From positions 36,674 through 100,673 of the forward strand of contig JBGAQA010000013.1 in NCBI GenBank assembly GCA_044220955.1: 64,000 nt of DNA. The letters run 5' to 3'. The notes beneath the pieces were generated by a model that saw only the letters and a list, made by a program, of their open reading frames with translations, did no database searches and had not been told where the DNA came from. This document shows positions 1 through 11,583 of this stretch, in pieces (the stretch's first letter is position 1; each line of letters begins with the position of its first letter). The position numbers and the translations under genes are program-made. This DNA comes from Sandaracinaceae bacterium (lineage in GTDB: Bacteria > Myxococcota_A > Polyangia > Polyangiales > Sandaracinaceae).

Positions 1-43
1 GACGATCGATCGGAAAAAAATTCATCACGCGAGCGAAAGACGA

Positions 44-71
44 TTGACACGGATCGCGGTGCCCGTACTCT
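44..71 (+). promoter_or_regulatory. Putative sigma70-type promoter (-35 TTGACA at 44-49, -10 TACTCT at 66-71)
   Basis: Perfect TTGACA, 16-bp spacer and a TAnnnT hexamer in an AT-richer stretch upstream of the ATP-grasp operon. Confidence 0.4.
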
Positions 72-525
72 CGTGGCGAATGAACGAGAGCGCGAGCACG
101 CGACCTCCACTAGGTGAGTCGCACTGCCGCTCCCCCCACGGCGTCGCGCTTCGCGACGCCGAAGGTGATCGCTCGTTCTGCGACGTGCGCTCGTTCTTCG
201 TCTCTCGTCCGTCGGACCGTCGTCTCGTGACGACAGCGAGCCGGGGCGATCGAGGCGCGATGATCTTCGGGTGGGGCGCTTCTCGCTCCGCCGCCGCGGC
301 TCGTGTCGATGACGCTTCGGGGTTGCGCGCAGTGGGACTGCGTACCGATCCCTGCTCTTCGAATCGAGCCTGCGGGTCTCTGGGGTCGTGATCGCTGCGG
401 ATCGCATCTTTTCGCGGTGATGGCGGCTCTTTCGTGATCCTCCTCCGGGCGCCCGACGCGCCCGGACGGTGGCGTGTGCCTACTGCATCCGCCCCGTCGA
501 AAACGTCCTGAACCGAGACGGATCC

Positions 526-1899
526 ATGGCCATCGACATGACGACGAAGAGGGAAGGCGTCCGCCGCTCCGCGAAGCCGAAGATCGGCGCCGCGATGCCG
601 GGCAGCGCAGACGAGAAGCGCGAGCGCATCACGTCGAGCGCGGGCGAGGTGGTCGCGCCGCTGGCGTCCCGACGCAAGGTGAAGGTGATCGACGCCGACG
701 CCGAGCCACCGACCGCGCCGCGCGCGACACCGCCGATCGAGACGCGCGCGCTCGACGTGACACCGCGCATCGAGGGACGGCGTACGACCGAGGGCGGCGA
801 TCTCGGTCTGCGCGCCCCGGCGTCGCGCGGGGGCGCGCGCGCGCGCAGCCTGCGCTCGTTCGGACCGAGCGTCTCGAACGCGACCGAGCTGACGGTCGGC
901 ATCGCCTACGACCTCAAGGCGGACTTCGAGCGCGCGGCGCTGAAGCTCGCCGGAGAGGCCGAGCTCCCGGAGGACGCCTTCGAGGAGTACGACTCGGAGG
1001 CCACCGTCGCGGCGCTCGAGGACGCGCTCGCGTCCAACGGCTACCAGAGCCGCCGCCTCGGGTCGGGGCGTGCCTTCCTCTCTCGCATCATGAGCGAGCC
1101 GGGCGACATGGTCTTCAACATCGCCGAGGGCTACGGCACCCGCTCGCGCGAGGCGCACGTCCCGAGCGCGCTCGAGATGCTCGGTGTCCCGTACACACAC
1201 TCGGATCCGCTGACGCTCGCGCTGACGCTGGACAAGGCGATGGCCAAGCGCGTCGCCGCAGCCGCCGGCGTCCCGACGCCACGCTTCGCGGTGGTCGAGC
1301 ACGTCGACGACGCGCGCGGTCTCGACCTCGCCTATCCGCGCATCGCCAAGCCCCTCTTCGAGGGCTCGAGCATGGGCATCCGCAAGCACTCGCGCGTGAC
1401 GAACCACGAGGACTTCATGGAGCTCATCGACGAGCTGCTCCGCCTCTATCGCGAGCCGGTGCTCGTCGAGGAGTTCGCGAGCGGTCCGGAGTTCACCGTG
1501 GGCATCCTCGGCACGGGCGCGAGCGCCTCGGTGATCGGCGCGATGGAGATCGTCCCGCGCAACTGCTCCGCCGCGGAGTTCGTCTACTCGCTCGAGGTCA
1601 AGCGCAACTACCTCGAGGAGGTTGCCTATCACGTGCCGCCGAAGCGCCCGACCGAGCTCGTGCGCCGCGTGGAGAACGTCGCCCTCGCGGCGTACCGATC
1701 GCTCGGCTGCCGCGACGTCGGCCGCGTCGACGTGCGCCTCTCGGAAGACGGCGACCCGAAGTTCCTCGAGGTCAACCCGCTGCCCGGTCTCAATCCGGTC
1801 ACCGGTGACCTCGTGATCCTCGCGCGCGGCAACGGCATCTCGTACCACGAGCTGATCGGACGCATCGTCGAGAACGCGCGCGCGCGCCAGTCGATCTGA
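526..1899 (+). CDS. D-alanine--D-alanine ligase-like ATP-grasp protein with long low-complexity N-terminal extension
   Basis: Motifs VFNIAEG, LDKAMAK, KPLFEGSSMGI, VLVEEF, GRVDVR, FLEVNPLPGL; ATG at 526 chosen, start uncertain. Confidence 0.9.
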   Translation: MAIDMTTKREGVRRSAKPKIGAAMPGSADEKRERITSSAGEVVAPLASRRKVKVIDADAEPPTAPRATPPIETRALDVTPRIEGRRTTEGGDLGLRAPASRGGARARSLRSFGPSVSNATELTVGIAYDLKADFERAALKLAGEAELPEDAFEEYDSEATVAALEDALASNGYQSRRLGSGRAFLSRIMSEPGDMVFNIAEGYGTRSREAHVPSALEMLGVPYTHSDPLTLALTLDKAMAKRVAAAAGVPTPRFAVVEHVDDARGLDLAYPRIAKPLFEGSSMGIRKHSRVTNHEDFMELIDELLRLYREPVLVEEFASGPEFTVGILGTGASASVIGAMEIVPRNCSAAEFVYSLEVKRNYLEEVAYHVPPKRPTELVRRVENVALAAYRSLGCRDVGRVDVRLSEDGDPKFLEVNPLPGLNPVTGDLVILARGNGISYHELIGRIVENARARQSI

Positions 1900-1963
1900 T
1901 CGGCGCGAAGCGCCCGGACGACGCTTTCGCCCCAGCGAGGCTCGTGTAAGACTCGCGCCCCGC

Positions 1964-3010
1964 GTGTCCACGGCCTCGTCACCCAGATCCTCGTTGCGCG
2001 TCGCGATCTGCTACGACGGCGCGGCCGTCGACGAAGGGATGACGTTCGACGCCGAGTCGGGCGAGACCGTTGCGGTCGAGACGATCATGGACGTCGTCGT
2101 CGACGTCGAGGCGGCGCTCGCGTCGCGCGGCTACCAGCCCTCGCGGCTGATCCTTCCCGCCGATCCTGGTGCGATCTTGCGCATGCTCGCCGACGTCCCC
2201 TGCGACGTGATCTTCAACTTCGTCGAGAGCCTGCGCGGCATCGCCGAGCTCGAGGCCGCGGTCCGGGGCGCCATGGCGGTGCGCGGCGTGCCGGTGACGG
2301 GCGCGCCGCTCGAGGCGCTGGCCAACTGCCTCAGCAAGCCGCGGGCGCGGGCGCTCGTGAGCGCCGCCGGCGTCCCGGTGCCGGCGGGCTGCGTCATCGC
2401 CGACGAGGCCGGGGACGCGCGCGCGCTTCCGCATCCGTGCATCGTGAAGCCGTCGGCGCAGGACGCGAGCCACGGCATCGACGCGGCGAGCGTGTGCGCC
2501 ACCCCCGACGACACCAAGGCGCGCGCGATGAAGCTCGTCGGGCGGGGGCTCGGCCCCGCGCTCGTCGAGCAGTTCATCGACGGCCGCGAGTACAACGTCT
2601 CCATGATCGAGCTCGTCGAGGGCGGCAAGCGCACATTGCGCGCGCTACCCGTCGCGGAGATCACCTTCGACGGCTATCCGGAGGGGCGCCCGCGCATCCT
2701 CACCTACGCGGCGAAGTGGGAGAAGGACAGCGTCGAGTACAAGGGATCGGTGTCGGTCGAGGCGAAGGACCTCGACGCCGCCGCCCGCGCCGTCCTCACG
2801 TCCCACGCCATGGCGACCTTCCGGGCGCTCGGCCTCTCGGGCTACGGACGAGTCGACTTCCGCGTGGACCGGAGCGGCCGGCCCTTCGTCGTCGACGTGA
2901 ACCCCAACCCCGACTTCTCGCGCGGGGCCGGGTTCCACCTCGCGGGCGAGCGCGCCGGTTACAGCTACGAGGATCTGGTCGAGATCGTCGTCCGGGCCGC
3001 GCAGGCGTGA
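1964..3010 (+). CDS. Second D-alanine--D-alanine ligase-like ATP-grasp protein
   Basis: IFNFVES, KPSAQDASHGI, LVEQFIDGREYNV, YAAKW, GRVDFR, VDVNPNPD. Confidence 0.9.
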   Translation: MSTASSPRSSLRVAICYDGAAVDEGMTFDAESGETVAVETIMDVVVDVEAALASRGYQPSRLILPADPGAILRMLADVPCDVIFNFVESLRGIAELEAAVRGAMAVRGVPVTGAPLEALANCLSKPRARALVSAAGVPVPAGCVIADEAGDARALPHPCIVKPSAQDASHGIDAASVCATPDDTKARAMKLVGRGLGPALVEQFIDGREYNVSMIELVEGGKRTLRALPVAEITFDGYPEGRPRILTYAAKWEKDSVEYKGSVSVEAKDLDAAARAVLTSHAMATFRALGLSGYGRVDFRVDRSGRPFVVDVNPNPDFSRGAGFHLAGERAGYSYEDLVEIVVRAAQA

Positions 3011-3498
3011 GCGCGACCCAGCCCATGCTCCGCTCGCTCGCGGGGACCGATCGGAGCGTGCTCGAGGCGCTGCTCCGCGGCGTCGATCGATTCCCCGACA
3101 CCGAGATCGCGATCGCGATGGAGCTGATCGACCACGGCCTGCGCGGCGAGAGCCGCGACTACCTCTTCGTGGTCGCCGAGCGCGAGGGGCGCGTGGCCGG
3201 CTACGCGTGCTGGGGTCGCGCGACGATGAGCCCGGGCGTGTTCGACCTGTACTGGATCGTCGTCGATGCGCGGCTGCAGGGCGGCGGTGTCGGCCGGGCG
3301 CTGCTCGCGCACGCCGAGCGCGAGGTGCGCCGCGAGGACGGCCACACGCTCCTCATCGAGACCGAGGGCTCCGCGCTCTACGAGGCCTCGCGCCGCTTCT
3401 ATCTCCGCGCCGGCTACACGGAGGTCGGGCGCGTCGCCGACTTCTACGGTCCGGACAAGGACAAGGTTCTCTACGCCAAGAGGCTCGACCGCACGTGA
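3007..3498 (+). CDS. GNAT family N-acetyltransferase
   Basis: DLYWIVVDARLQGGGVGRALL acetyl-CoA motif A and FYLRAGY; GTGA overlap with upstream stop. Confidence 0.9.
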   Translation: MSATQPMLRSLAGTDRSVLEALLRGVDRFPDTEIAIAMELIDHGLRGESRDYLFVVAEREGRVAGYACWGRATMSPGVFDLYWIVVDARLQGGGVGRALLAHAEREVRREDGHTLLIETEGSALYEASRRFYLRAGYTEVGRVADFYGPDKDKVLYAKRLDRT

Positions 3499-3503
3499 GC
3501 GCC

Positions 3504-4049
3504 ATGACCAAGACCTCGCTACCCATCGTCCAGAACGCCACCACCGCCCATTTCGAGTGCGTGTTCCCGGGCTGCGGAGGCCAGTGCTGCCGCATGAGCC
3601 GCCCGCCCGTCGAGCCCGCCGAGGAGCGCCGGATCAGCAAGGCGCTTCCGCGCGTGCTCGACGCGATGCGGCCCGAGGCGCGCGCCGCGGTCGAGAAGCA
3701 CGGCTACCTGACCGACCAGAAGTACAAGTCCGAGCGCCGGATGGTCCGCATCGCCAAGGAATACTGCGTCTTCTACAACCAGGGTTGCGTGCTCCACCGG
3801 CTCGGCGCGGCCGAGGGCGACTCGACCAAGTACAAGCCCTGGGTCTGCGTCGTGTTCCCGCTCGACACGGATCCGAAGGGCCGCTGGGAGGTGCGCCAGT
3901 GGGGGCGGCCCGGCGAGCACTGGGATCTGTTCTGCCTGAACCCGAAGGAGTCGAAGAAGACGGCGGACGAGACGCTCGCCTTCGAGCTCGACTTCCTCGA
4001 GGCGATGGAGACGAAGTCTGGCAAGCAGCGCTGGAGGTTCAAGAAATGA
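3504..4049 (+). CDS. Cys-cluster protein (DUF3109/YkgJ-like, putative Zn or Fe-S binding)
   Basis: CVFPGCGGQCC, CVFYNQGCVLH and KPWVCVVFP motifs. Confidence 0.75.
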   Translation: MTKTSLPIVQNATTAHFECVFPGCGGQCCRMSRPPVEPAEERRISKALPRVLDAMRPEARAAVEKHGYLTDQKYKSERRMVRIAKEYCVFYNQGCVLHRLGAAEGDSTKYKPWVCVVFPLDTDPKGRWEVRQWGRPGEHWDLFCLNPKESKKTADETLAFELDFLEAMETKSGKQRWRFKK

Positions 4050-5758
4050 CTGCTGCGAACACCGAGCCCGCTGCCGAAGAGAAGCCGAAGCCGACGGGTC
4101 CGCCTCCGAACGGCCTCACGCCGCGTGCGCTGATCGCCGGGTTCTTCCTGTCGCTGCTCCTGTGCGGCGTGAACTCGTACCTCACGCTCAGCTTCGGCGT
4201 GATCGAGGAGGGGCCTACCATCGCGGCGCTGTTCTTCTTCGCGTTCTTCTTCCTCTCGTCCACGAAGATCAACTCGAGTGAGATGGCCATCGTCGCCACG
4301 ATGGGCTCGGCCGGCGGCTCGCTCGGGTTCATCACCAACTTCTACGCGGCCGAGGCGATGGCCGCGACGCCGCTCACCTTCTGGCAGATGGTCGGCTTCT
4401 CGGTCGTCACGTCGCTGGTCGGGCTCGTCTTCGTCGTGCCGCTGCGGCAGCTCCTGATCCTGCGAGAGAAGCTGCCCTGGCCGGGGAGCAAGGCCGTCGA
4501 GAGCGTCATCCGAGCGCTCGTCGAGCACGGCGACCCCAAGCAGCCGTACATCCTGCTCGTGACGTGCGTGACGATGATCGCGTACGTCGTGCTCAACGAC
4601 GAGGACGGCTTCGGCATCGTGCCCTCCGGCACCGCGATCGGCCTCTTCGGCCTCTCCGCCTACGGCGCGGCCATCGCCTGGTCGCCCTTCGCCATCGGCG
4701 GGGCGTACCTCATGGGCTTCCGTACCTGCGTCGGCTTCCTCTTCGGCGCGACCGCGCTCCTCGTGCTGGCGCCTCACCTGCCCGAGCCGGGGGCGCCGCA
4801 CCACTACGTGTGGCCCGGGATCGGGTTCCTCGTCGCCGCCGGGCTCACGCAGATGGCCCTGCAGGGCAAGACCATCGTGGCGTCGATGCGCTCGCTCTTC
4901 TCGGGCGCGGCCGCGGACGACGACGATCCGATCATGAGCACGAAGGTGTTCGGGATCTTCACGGGCGTCGCGCTGGTCGTGGCGGCGCTGTTCTCCTCCT
5001 TCGGGCTGGGCCTCTCGTTCGTCGTGACGGTGCTGCTCATCGTGGTCGGCGGCTTCCTCCAGAACGTCATCGCCACGCGCGCGGCCGCGCAGACCGCGTT
5101 CAACCCGGCGCGCGTGATGGGCATCCTGCTCCAGGGCGTGACCGCGCTCGCGGGCGGCACGGGCGCCGGGCAGAACCTCGCGGGCGCCGGCTTCGTGGCC
5201 GGCTCGGGCGCGCAGGCGGGCGTCTTGACCGGCGACCTCGCGTACGGGCGCTGGCTGAGGGTTCCCTCGCGCTGGCAGTTCTGGACGCAGCTCGTCACCG
5301 TCGTGCCGTGCTCGCTCGTGTCCGCCTACGTGTTCCAGCAGATCCTCGGGCTCGGCCCGATGACGATCGAGGGAGAGGGGCTCCCGGCCCCGGTGGCGAA
5401 GATGTGGGCCGCGACGGCGCTGATCTTCTCGGGCCAGGCCGAGATGCCTGCGTTCGCGTACGAGGCGATGGCCATCGGAGGCGCGGTCGGCTGCGTCTAC
5501 GTGCTCGTCGAGCAGAACCAGAAGCTCGAGAAGTGGCTCCCCTCGTCCACCGGCATCGGCCTCGGTCTCGTGCTGCCGATCGCCTACGGCTGGTCGTTCT
5601 TCCTCGGCGGCGCCCTCTTCCTGCTCGCCGAGAAGCGCTTCAAGATCCGCGAGGTCTCGCTCACGACGTTCGCCGTGGGCTGCATCGTCGCCGAGGGCAT
5701 CGGCGGAGTGCTCAAGCCCCTGCTGGCGGTCGTCGGCCTGATCCCCCATGGCGGCTAG
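4046..5758 (+). CDS. OPT/YSL family oligopeptide transporter
   Basis: LTPRALIAG, PLRQLLILREKLPWPG, GDLAYG, LPAPVAKMW; many TM helices; ATGA overlap. Confidence 0.9.
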   Translation: MTAANTEPAAEEKPKPTGPPPNGLTPRALIAGFFLSLLLCGVNSYLTLSFGVIEEGPTIAALFFFAFFFLSSTKINSSEMAIVATMGSAGGSLGFITNFYAAEAMAATPLTFWQMVGFSVVTSLVGLVFVVPLRQLLILREKLPWPGSKAVESVIRALVEHGDPKQPYILLVTCVTMIAYVVLNDEDGFGIVPSGTAIGLFGLSAYGAAIAWSPFAIGGAYLMGFRTCVGFLFGATALLVLAPHLPEPGAPHHYVWPGIGFLVAAGLTQMALQGKTIVASMRSLFSGAAADDDDPIMSTKVFGIFTGVALVVAALFSSFGLGLSFVVTVLLIVVGGFLQNVIATRAAAQTAFNPARVMGILLQGVTALAGGTGAGQNLAGAGFVAGSGAQAGVLTGDLAYGRWLRVPSRWQFWTQLVTVVPCSLVSAYVFQQILGLGPMTIEGEGLPAPVAKMWAATALIFSGQAEMPAFAYEAMAIGGAVGCVYVLVEQNQKLEKWLPSSTGIGLGLVLPIAYGWSFFLGGALFLLAEKRFKIREVSLTTFAVGCIVAEGIGGVLKPLLAVVGLIPHGG

Positions 5759-6578
5759 CTCCGAGGGCCACGAGCGTCCCGCAGCCGCCGTTCGGCTCGA
5801 GGCGCGCCTGGCTCGACATGCGGACCACGAGGCCGCGACCGGCGAGGCGCGCGTAGATCGCCTCGTAGCGGGCGCGTGGGACGCCCCGGAGCGACGAGGT
5901 CGGCACCGCGTTGTGTCGATAGAGGTGCACGGCGAGGCCGAGCGGCGCGGCGCGATCGCCGAACGCATCGAGCTCGGCGTCGCCGTCGTTCGCGCCCTCG
6001 ATCAAGAGGTAGGCGAGCGCGATCTTCTTGCGTCGCTTGCGCGGCAGCGTGGGGACGTGCTCCGTGAGCAGCGCGAAGAGCCCCGCGAGCGGCGGTCCTC
6101 CCGGCACCATCCTGGCGCGCACGGCCTCCGTCCCCGCATGCACGCTGACGGTGATGCCGTTGTGCGGGGGCGCGCCCGGGGCGAGCCAGGTGCTCAGGCG
6201 CGAGAGCGGCCCGCCGCTCGTCGTGACCGACGCCGGTGTCCGGCGCGCGTGGCAGCGGCGCACGACCTCCGCGCAGGCGTCGCTCGCGTGCATCGGCTCG
6301 CCGCTCCCGGACAGCGTCACGCGGCGGATCGCATGGCCCTGCGCCTCGAGCGTGGCGAGCAGGCCCATCATCTCGTCGGCGCCGAGCGAGCGAGACAGCC
6401 CGCCGGCGCCCGAGGCGCAGAAGGGACAGCGCACGCCGCAGCCGACCTGGGTCGACAGGCACGCCGTGTCGCCTCGGTAGACGACCGCCTCGACCTCCGC
6501 GCCGTCGTCGAGGCGGACGGCATATCGCACGTTGGCTGCGCCCGCTCCCGTGTGCGCGGCGACGATCTCGAGGGCCAT
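5712..6578 (-). CDS. RlmN/Cfr-like radical SAM protein (short, divergent)
   Basis: ACLSTQVGCGVRCPFCASG, SGSGEP, SVHA and C-terminal GGCGTL. Confidence 0.8.
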   Translation of the reverse strand: MALEIVAAHTGAGAANVRYAVRLDDGAEVEAVVYRGDTACLSTQVGCGVRCPFCASGAGGLSRSLGADEMMGLLATLEAQGHAIRRVTLSGSGEPMHASDACAEVVRRCHARRTPASVTTSGGPLSRLSTWLAPGAPPHNGITVSVHAGTEAVRARMVPGGPPLAGLFALLTEHVPTLPRKRRKKIALAYLLIEGANDGDAELDAFGDRAAPLGLAVHLYRHNAVPTSSLRGVPRARYEAIYARLAGRGLVVRMSSQARLEPNGGCGTLVALGASRHGGSGRRPPAGA

Positions 6579-7210
6579 CAGTAGGTCGGCGCCTGGCCGT
6601 CCCAGACGCGGACGAGGTATACGCGCGGCGCCGCTCCGTCGGCCGCCGACACCTTCGCGATGGGCCTGGACGGGTCGGCGTCGTTGATACAGCCCGCCGC
6701 CTGGTACATGTCGCTCAGCAGCGCCGGGTCGAGGTAGCTCCCTCCCTGATCGCGCCATCCGCTCGCCTGCACCGCGAACGCCGACGCGAGTCGAGCGCCG
6801 ATCGTGGCGATCGTCGGCTCTTCGCAGTCGTTCGAGCGGTCCTCCACCGTCAGCAGGGTCGGGGGCAGGCCCGCCGGGTCCTTCGGGCCCGTCCCTAGCG
6901 CCGCCGACGCGAGCGCGCACGCCCGACCGGTCGGCGCCTGGCACCAGAGGTAGACGCCCGCGATCGAGGGCTGCTCGGGCGGCAGCGAGCCTTCGTCCAC
7001 GGCGCTTGTCGCGTCCGGCGCGTCGTCGACCGGGACGTGGCCCTGCTGGTTCTCGGATACCGGGAGCGGCTCGGAGCGCACGACCGGCCGCGGCGGGGGC
7101 GCCGCGCCGCACGCCGTCGTCAGCAGCGCAAGCAGCACCCAGTAACGCGAAGGCTCTCGCTCGCGTAGCACCCGTGGAGCATAGCGCGCAGACGCCCGAC
7201 CCAGCCTCAT
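6578..7210 (-). CDS. Hypothetical lipoprotein
   Basis: WVLLALLTTAC lipobox-like segment; stop overlaps ATG of the radical SAM gene; start uncertain. Confidence 0.6.
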   Translation of the reverse strand: MRLGRASARYAPRVLREREPSRYWVLLALLTTACGAAPPPRPVVRSEPLPVSENQQGHVPVDDAPDATSAVDEGSLPPEQPSIAGVYLWCQAPTGRACALASAALGTGPKDPAGLPPTLLTVEDRSNDCEEPTIATIGARLASAFAVQASGWRDQGGSYLDPALLSDMYQAAGCINDADPSRPIAKVSAADGAAPRVYLVRVWDGQAPTY

Positions 7211-7309
7211 GCCTCCCTCGACAACCGGGACAGCCCCATCGTTCCCGTCGACCGAGCGGGGGGCTCCGGTCGATCCGCACGTACGACACGCGCGTATAGT
7301 GGTCGCGCG

Positions 7310-8833
<1,524 letters not shown>

Positions 8834-8854
8834 CGAGCGCTCCTCGACGGCGCC

Positions 8855-10198
8855 TCAGCGCTCGTCGCCCTCGATGGGCAGCGCGCTCAGCGGCTTCTCT
8901 GCCGCGAGCCGCTTCACGCTCGAGAGGTGGTGCAGGATCAGGTCGCGGTTGTCGGTGACGGAGAGCGACTGCATCTCGAGCGCGCCGATGCGGTCCTCGG
9001 GCGTGAACGCGGGATCCCTGACCTTCTCCATCGAGAGCTTGTCGGGCCCGTACGCCATGTGCTCGGCCACGGTGCTCACGATGGTGTAGTCGTCGCCGCG
9101 GCGCAGCTCGAGCTTGATCTGCCCGGTGATCGAGGGCGCGACCCAGCGCGTGAGCGCGTCCTTGAGCATCATGGACTCGGGGTCGAACCACTTGCCCTCG
9201 TAGAGCAGGCGGCCGAGCCGACGGCCGAGCGTCACGTACTGGTCGGTGGTCGACTCGTTGTGGATCGCCGAGAGCAGGCGCTCGTAGCAGACGTGCAAGA
9301 GCGCCATGCCGGGCGCCTCGTAGATGCCGCGGCTCTTGGCGTCGATGACCCGGTTCTCGATCTGGTCGCTCATGCCCAGGCCGTGGCGGCCGCCGATGCG
9401 GTTGCACTCGAGGAAGAGCGGGAGCAGGCCCCCGTGGTCCTTGCCGTTGACGGCGACGGGCAGGCCCTGCGCGAGCTCGATCGTCACCTCCTCGGGCTCG
9501 ATCGCGACGCTCTTCTTCCAGTGCGCGAGGCCCATGATGGGCTCGACGATCTGCATCGAGACGTCGAGGCGCTCGAGATCCTTGGCCTCGTGCGTCGCGC
9601 CGAGCACGTTCGCGTCGGTGGAGTAGGCCTTCTCGGTGCCCATCTTGTAGGGCAGGCCCACCTTTTCGAGGTACTCGCTCATCTCCTTGCGGCCGCCGAA
9701 CGCCGACACGAACGCCTGGTCGAGCCAGGGCTTGTAGATGCGCAGGGCCGGGTTCACGAGGATCCCGTAGCGATAGAAGCGCTGGATGTCGTTGCCCTTG
9801 TGCGTCGAGCCGTCGCCGAAGACGTTCACGCCGTCCTCGCGCATGGCGCGCACGATCGCGGTGGAGGTGACGGCGCGGCCGAGCGGCGTGGTGTTGAAGT
9901 ACTTCTTGCCGCCGACCCCGAGGTGGAACGCGCCGCACTGGATCGCGACGAGGCCCTCGCGCACCATCGCCTCGCGGCAGTCGATGATCCTGGCGGCCTT
10001 GGCGCCGTGCTCCATCGCGATCGGCGGGATCTCGTTCGGATCCTTCTCGTCGGGCTGCGCGAGGTCGGCCGTGTACGCGTGGACGTCGACGCCCTGCCGG
10101 CTCATCCACGCGACCGCGCAGCGGGTGTCGAGCCCGCCGGAGAACGCGATGCCGATCTTGGTGCCCTTCGGCGGGAGCTCACGATAGATGCGCGACAT
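8855..10198 (-). CDS. argG: Argininosuccinate synthase (E. coli-like type)
   Basis: [52 protein letters not shown]. Confidence 0.97.
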   Translation of the reverse strand: MSRIYRELPPKGTKIGIAFSGGLDTRCAVAWMSRQGVDVHAYTADLAQPDEKDPNEIPPIAMEHGAKAARIIDCREAMVREGLVAIQCGAFHLGVGGKKYFNTTPLGRAVTSTAIVRAMREDGVNVFGDGSTHKGNDIQRFYRYGILVNPALRIYKPWLDQAFVSAFGGRKEMSEYLEKVGLPYKMGTEKAYSTDANVLGATHEAKDLERLDVSMQIVEPIMGLAHWKKSVAIEPEEVTIELAQGLPVAVNGKDHGGLLPLFLECNRIGGRHGLGMSDQIENRVIDAKSRGIYEAPGMALLHVCYERLLSAIHNESTTDQYVTLGRRLGRLLYEGKWFDPESMMLKDALTRWVAPSITGQIKLELRRGDDYTIVSTVAEHMAYGPDKLSMEKVRDPAFTPEDRIGALEMQSLSVTDNRDLILHHLSSVKRLAAEKPLSALPIEGDER

Positions 10199-10247
10199 GC
10201 GCGCGGATATGACACGAAACAGACGCTCCAGCGCGTGAATCTAAAGC

Positions 10248-10529
10248 GTTCGCGAGATCCGGGGCGCGAAGGGTTGGACACAGGTTCGGCTCGCCGCCGA
10301 CGCTGGGCTCGCTCGGGCGACGATCGCGACCATCGAGGCCGGGCACGACGTGCCTTCGCTCGACACGCTCGAAGCGCTCGCGACGTCCCTGCACGTGCCG
10401 CCAGCGTCGCTCTTGCTCGATCCGAAGCGGAGCGCTCGGCACGCGCTGGCGGTAGCGGCGCTCACCGTGAGCGAGACCAGCGCGAAGAAGCTCGCCGAGC
10501 TGCTCGGCGCTGGCAAAGAGCCTCTGTGA
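10248..10529 (+). pseudogene. XRE-family helix-turn-helix regulator lacking an in-frame start
   Basis: Manual translation VREIRGAKGWTQVRLAADAGLARATIATIEAGHDVPSLDTLEALATSLHV is a classic HTH_XRE; in-frame TGA (10236) and TAA (10242) lie just upstream. Confidence 0.75.
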
Positions 10530-10556
10530 CCATCGACGGCGTGCTAACCTGCGGGT

Positions 10557-11126
10557 GTGGGTGCCGCGATCGACCTGCGTGACGCGATGGGCGCGGAGCG
10601 TCGCCTGCTGTCCGGCGTCGAGTACGAGCAGCTCGTGGCGGTGGGCGCGTTCGAGGACGAGCAGGTCGAGCTGATCGAGGGGGAGATCTGGGAGATGAAT
10701 CCCATCGGACCGGATCACGAGGAGAGCGTGGATCGACTCTCCGCGCTCCTGCATCGCGTGCTGGGCGCGCGGGCTCGCGTCCGGACTCAGGGCTCGATCG
10801 CGATCGGTGCCCGCTCGATCCTCCAGCCGGACGTCCTCGTTCTCGAGGAGCGCAGCTACGCGAAGGAGCGGCCGACGATGGCCTTCCTCGCGATCGAGGT
10901 CGCGGCGAGCTCTCTGCGTCGCGATCGCACGGTGAAGGCCGCCCTCTACGCGCAGGCCGGCATTCCCGAGTACTGGATCGTCAACCTCGCCGAGCGGACC
11001 GTCGAAGTGCGGACGAACGTCGTGTCGGGCTCGTATGCGTGCGAAGCGGTGTTCCGCACGGCGGAGACGATCACCCTGAAAGCGTTTCCGGACGTGTCGA
11101 TCGCGGTCGCCCAATTCCTGCCGTGA
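10557..11126 (+). CDS. Uma2/DUF820 family endonuclease-like protein
   Basis: VELIEGEI..M.P, QPDVLV, LAIEVA..S...DR..K..LYA.AGIPEYWIVN. Confidence 0.92.
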   Translation: MGAAIDLRDAMGAERRLLSGVEYEQLVAVGAFEDEQVELIEGEIWEMNPIGPDHEESVDRLSALLHRVLGARARVRTQGSIAIGARSILQPDVLVLEERSYAKERPTMAFLAIEVAASSLRRDRTVKAALYAQAGIPEYWIVNLAERTVEVRTNVVSGSYACEAVFRTAETITLKAFPDVSIAVAQFLP

Positions 11127-11198
11127 GGCTTGCGCCGACGTCGCCGCGGATGCCTGACGGCATGAAGTCCATGCACGAGCACCTCGCGCTGCTCGGCG

Positions 11199-11537
11199 GT
11201 GTGTGGGTGCGGCGCTCGCACGGCGCCGGCAAGCGCCCCGACCGGTACGCTCACGCCGCAAGAGATCATGGCCGTCGTCCGAGGAAATCAGGCCGCCGTC
11301 CGCGGCTGTTACGAGCGGTCGCTGCAGCAAGACTCCTTCCTGCGCGGGCGCGTCCAGGTCGCGTGGCGCGTCGGGCAGGGCGGGCACGTCCTCACCGCGC
11401 GGATCGACGAGAGCACGGTGGGCTCGCCCGCGGTCCAACGGTGCATCCTCGATGAGGTCACGTCGTGGGCGTTTCCCCGACCGCGCGGCGGCGAGGTCGA
11501 CGTGGTGTTTCCGTTCGAGTTCGGTCCGCGTCAATGA
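11199..11537 (+). CDS. Small TonB-C/AgmX-PglI C-terminal-like domain protein
   Basis: IMAVVR....VRGCYERSL...LRGRV..W....CIL....W.FPRP.GG.V.VVFPF; start uncertain. Confidence 0.7.
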   Translation: MCGCGARTAPASAPTGTLTPQEIMAVVRGNQAAVRGCYERSLQQDSFLRGRVQVAWRVGQGGHVLTARIDESTVGSPAVQRCILDEVTSWAFPRPRGGEVDVVFPFEFGPRQ

Positions 11538-11583
11538 CGGCGAGCGCGGCGCCAGGTCGAGCGCGAGACCGAGAGCGCGGCGG

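Noticed and set aside
80..391. 103-aa ORF after the putative promoter
   Set aside because: Atypical codon usage and no recognisable motif; not reported as a CDS.
8855..10198. Stand-alone argG outside an arg operon
   Set aside because: Common arrangement; no evidence of anything unusual.
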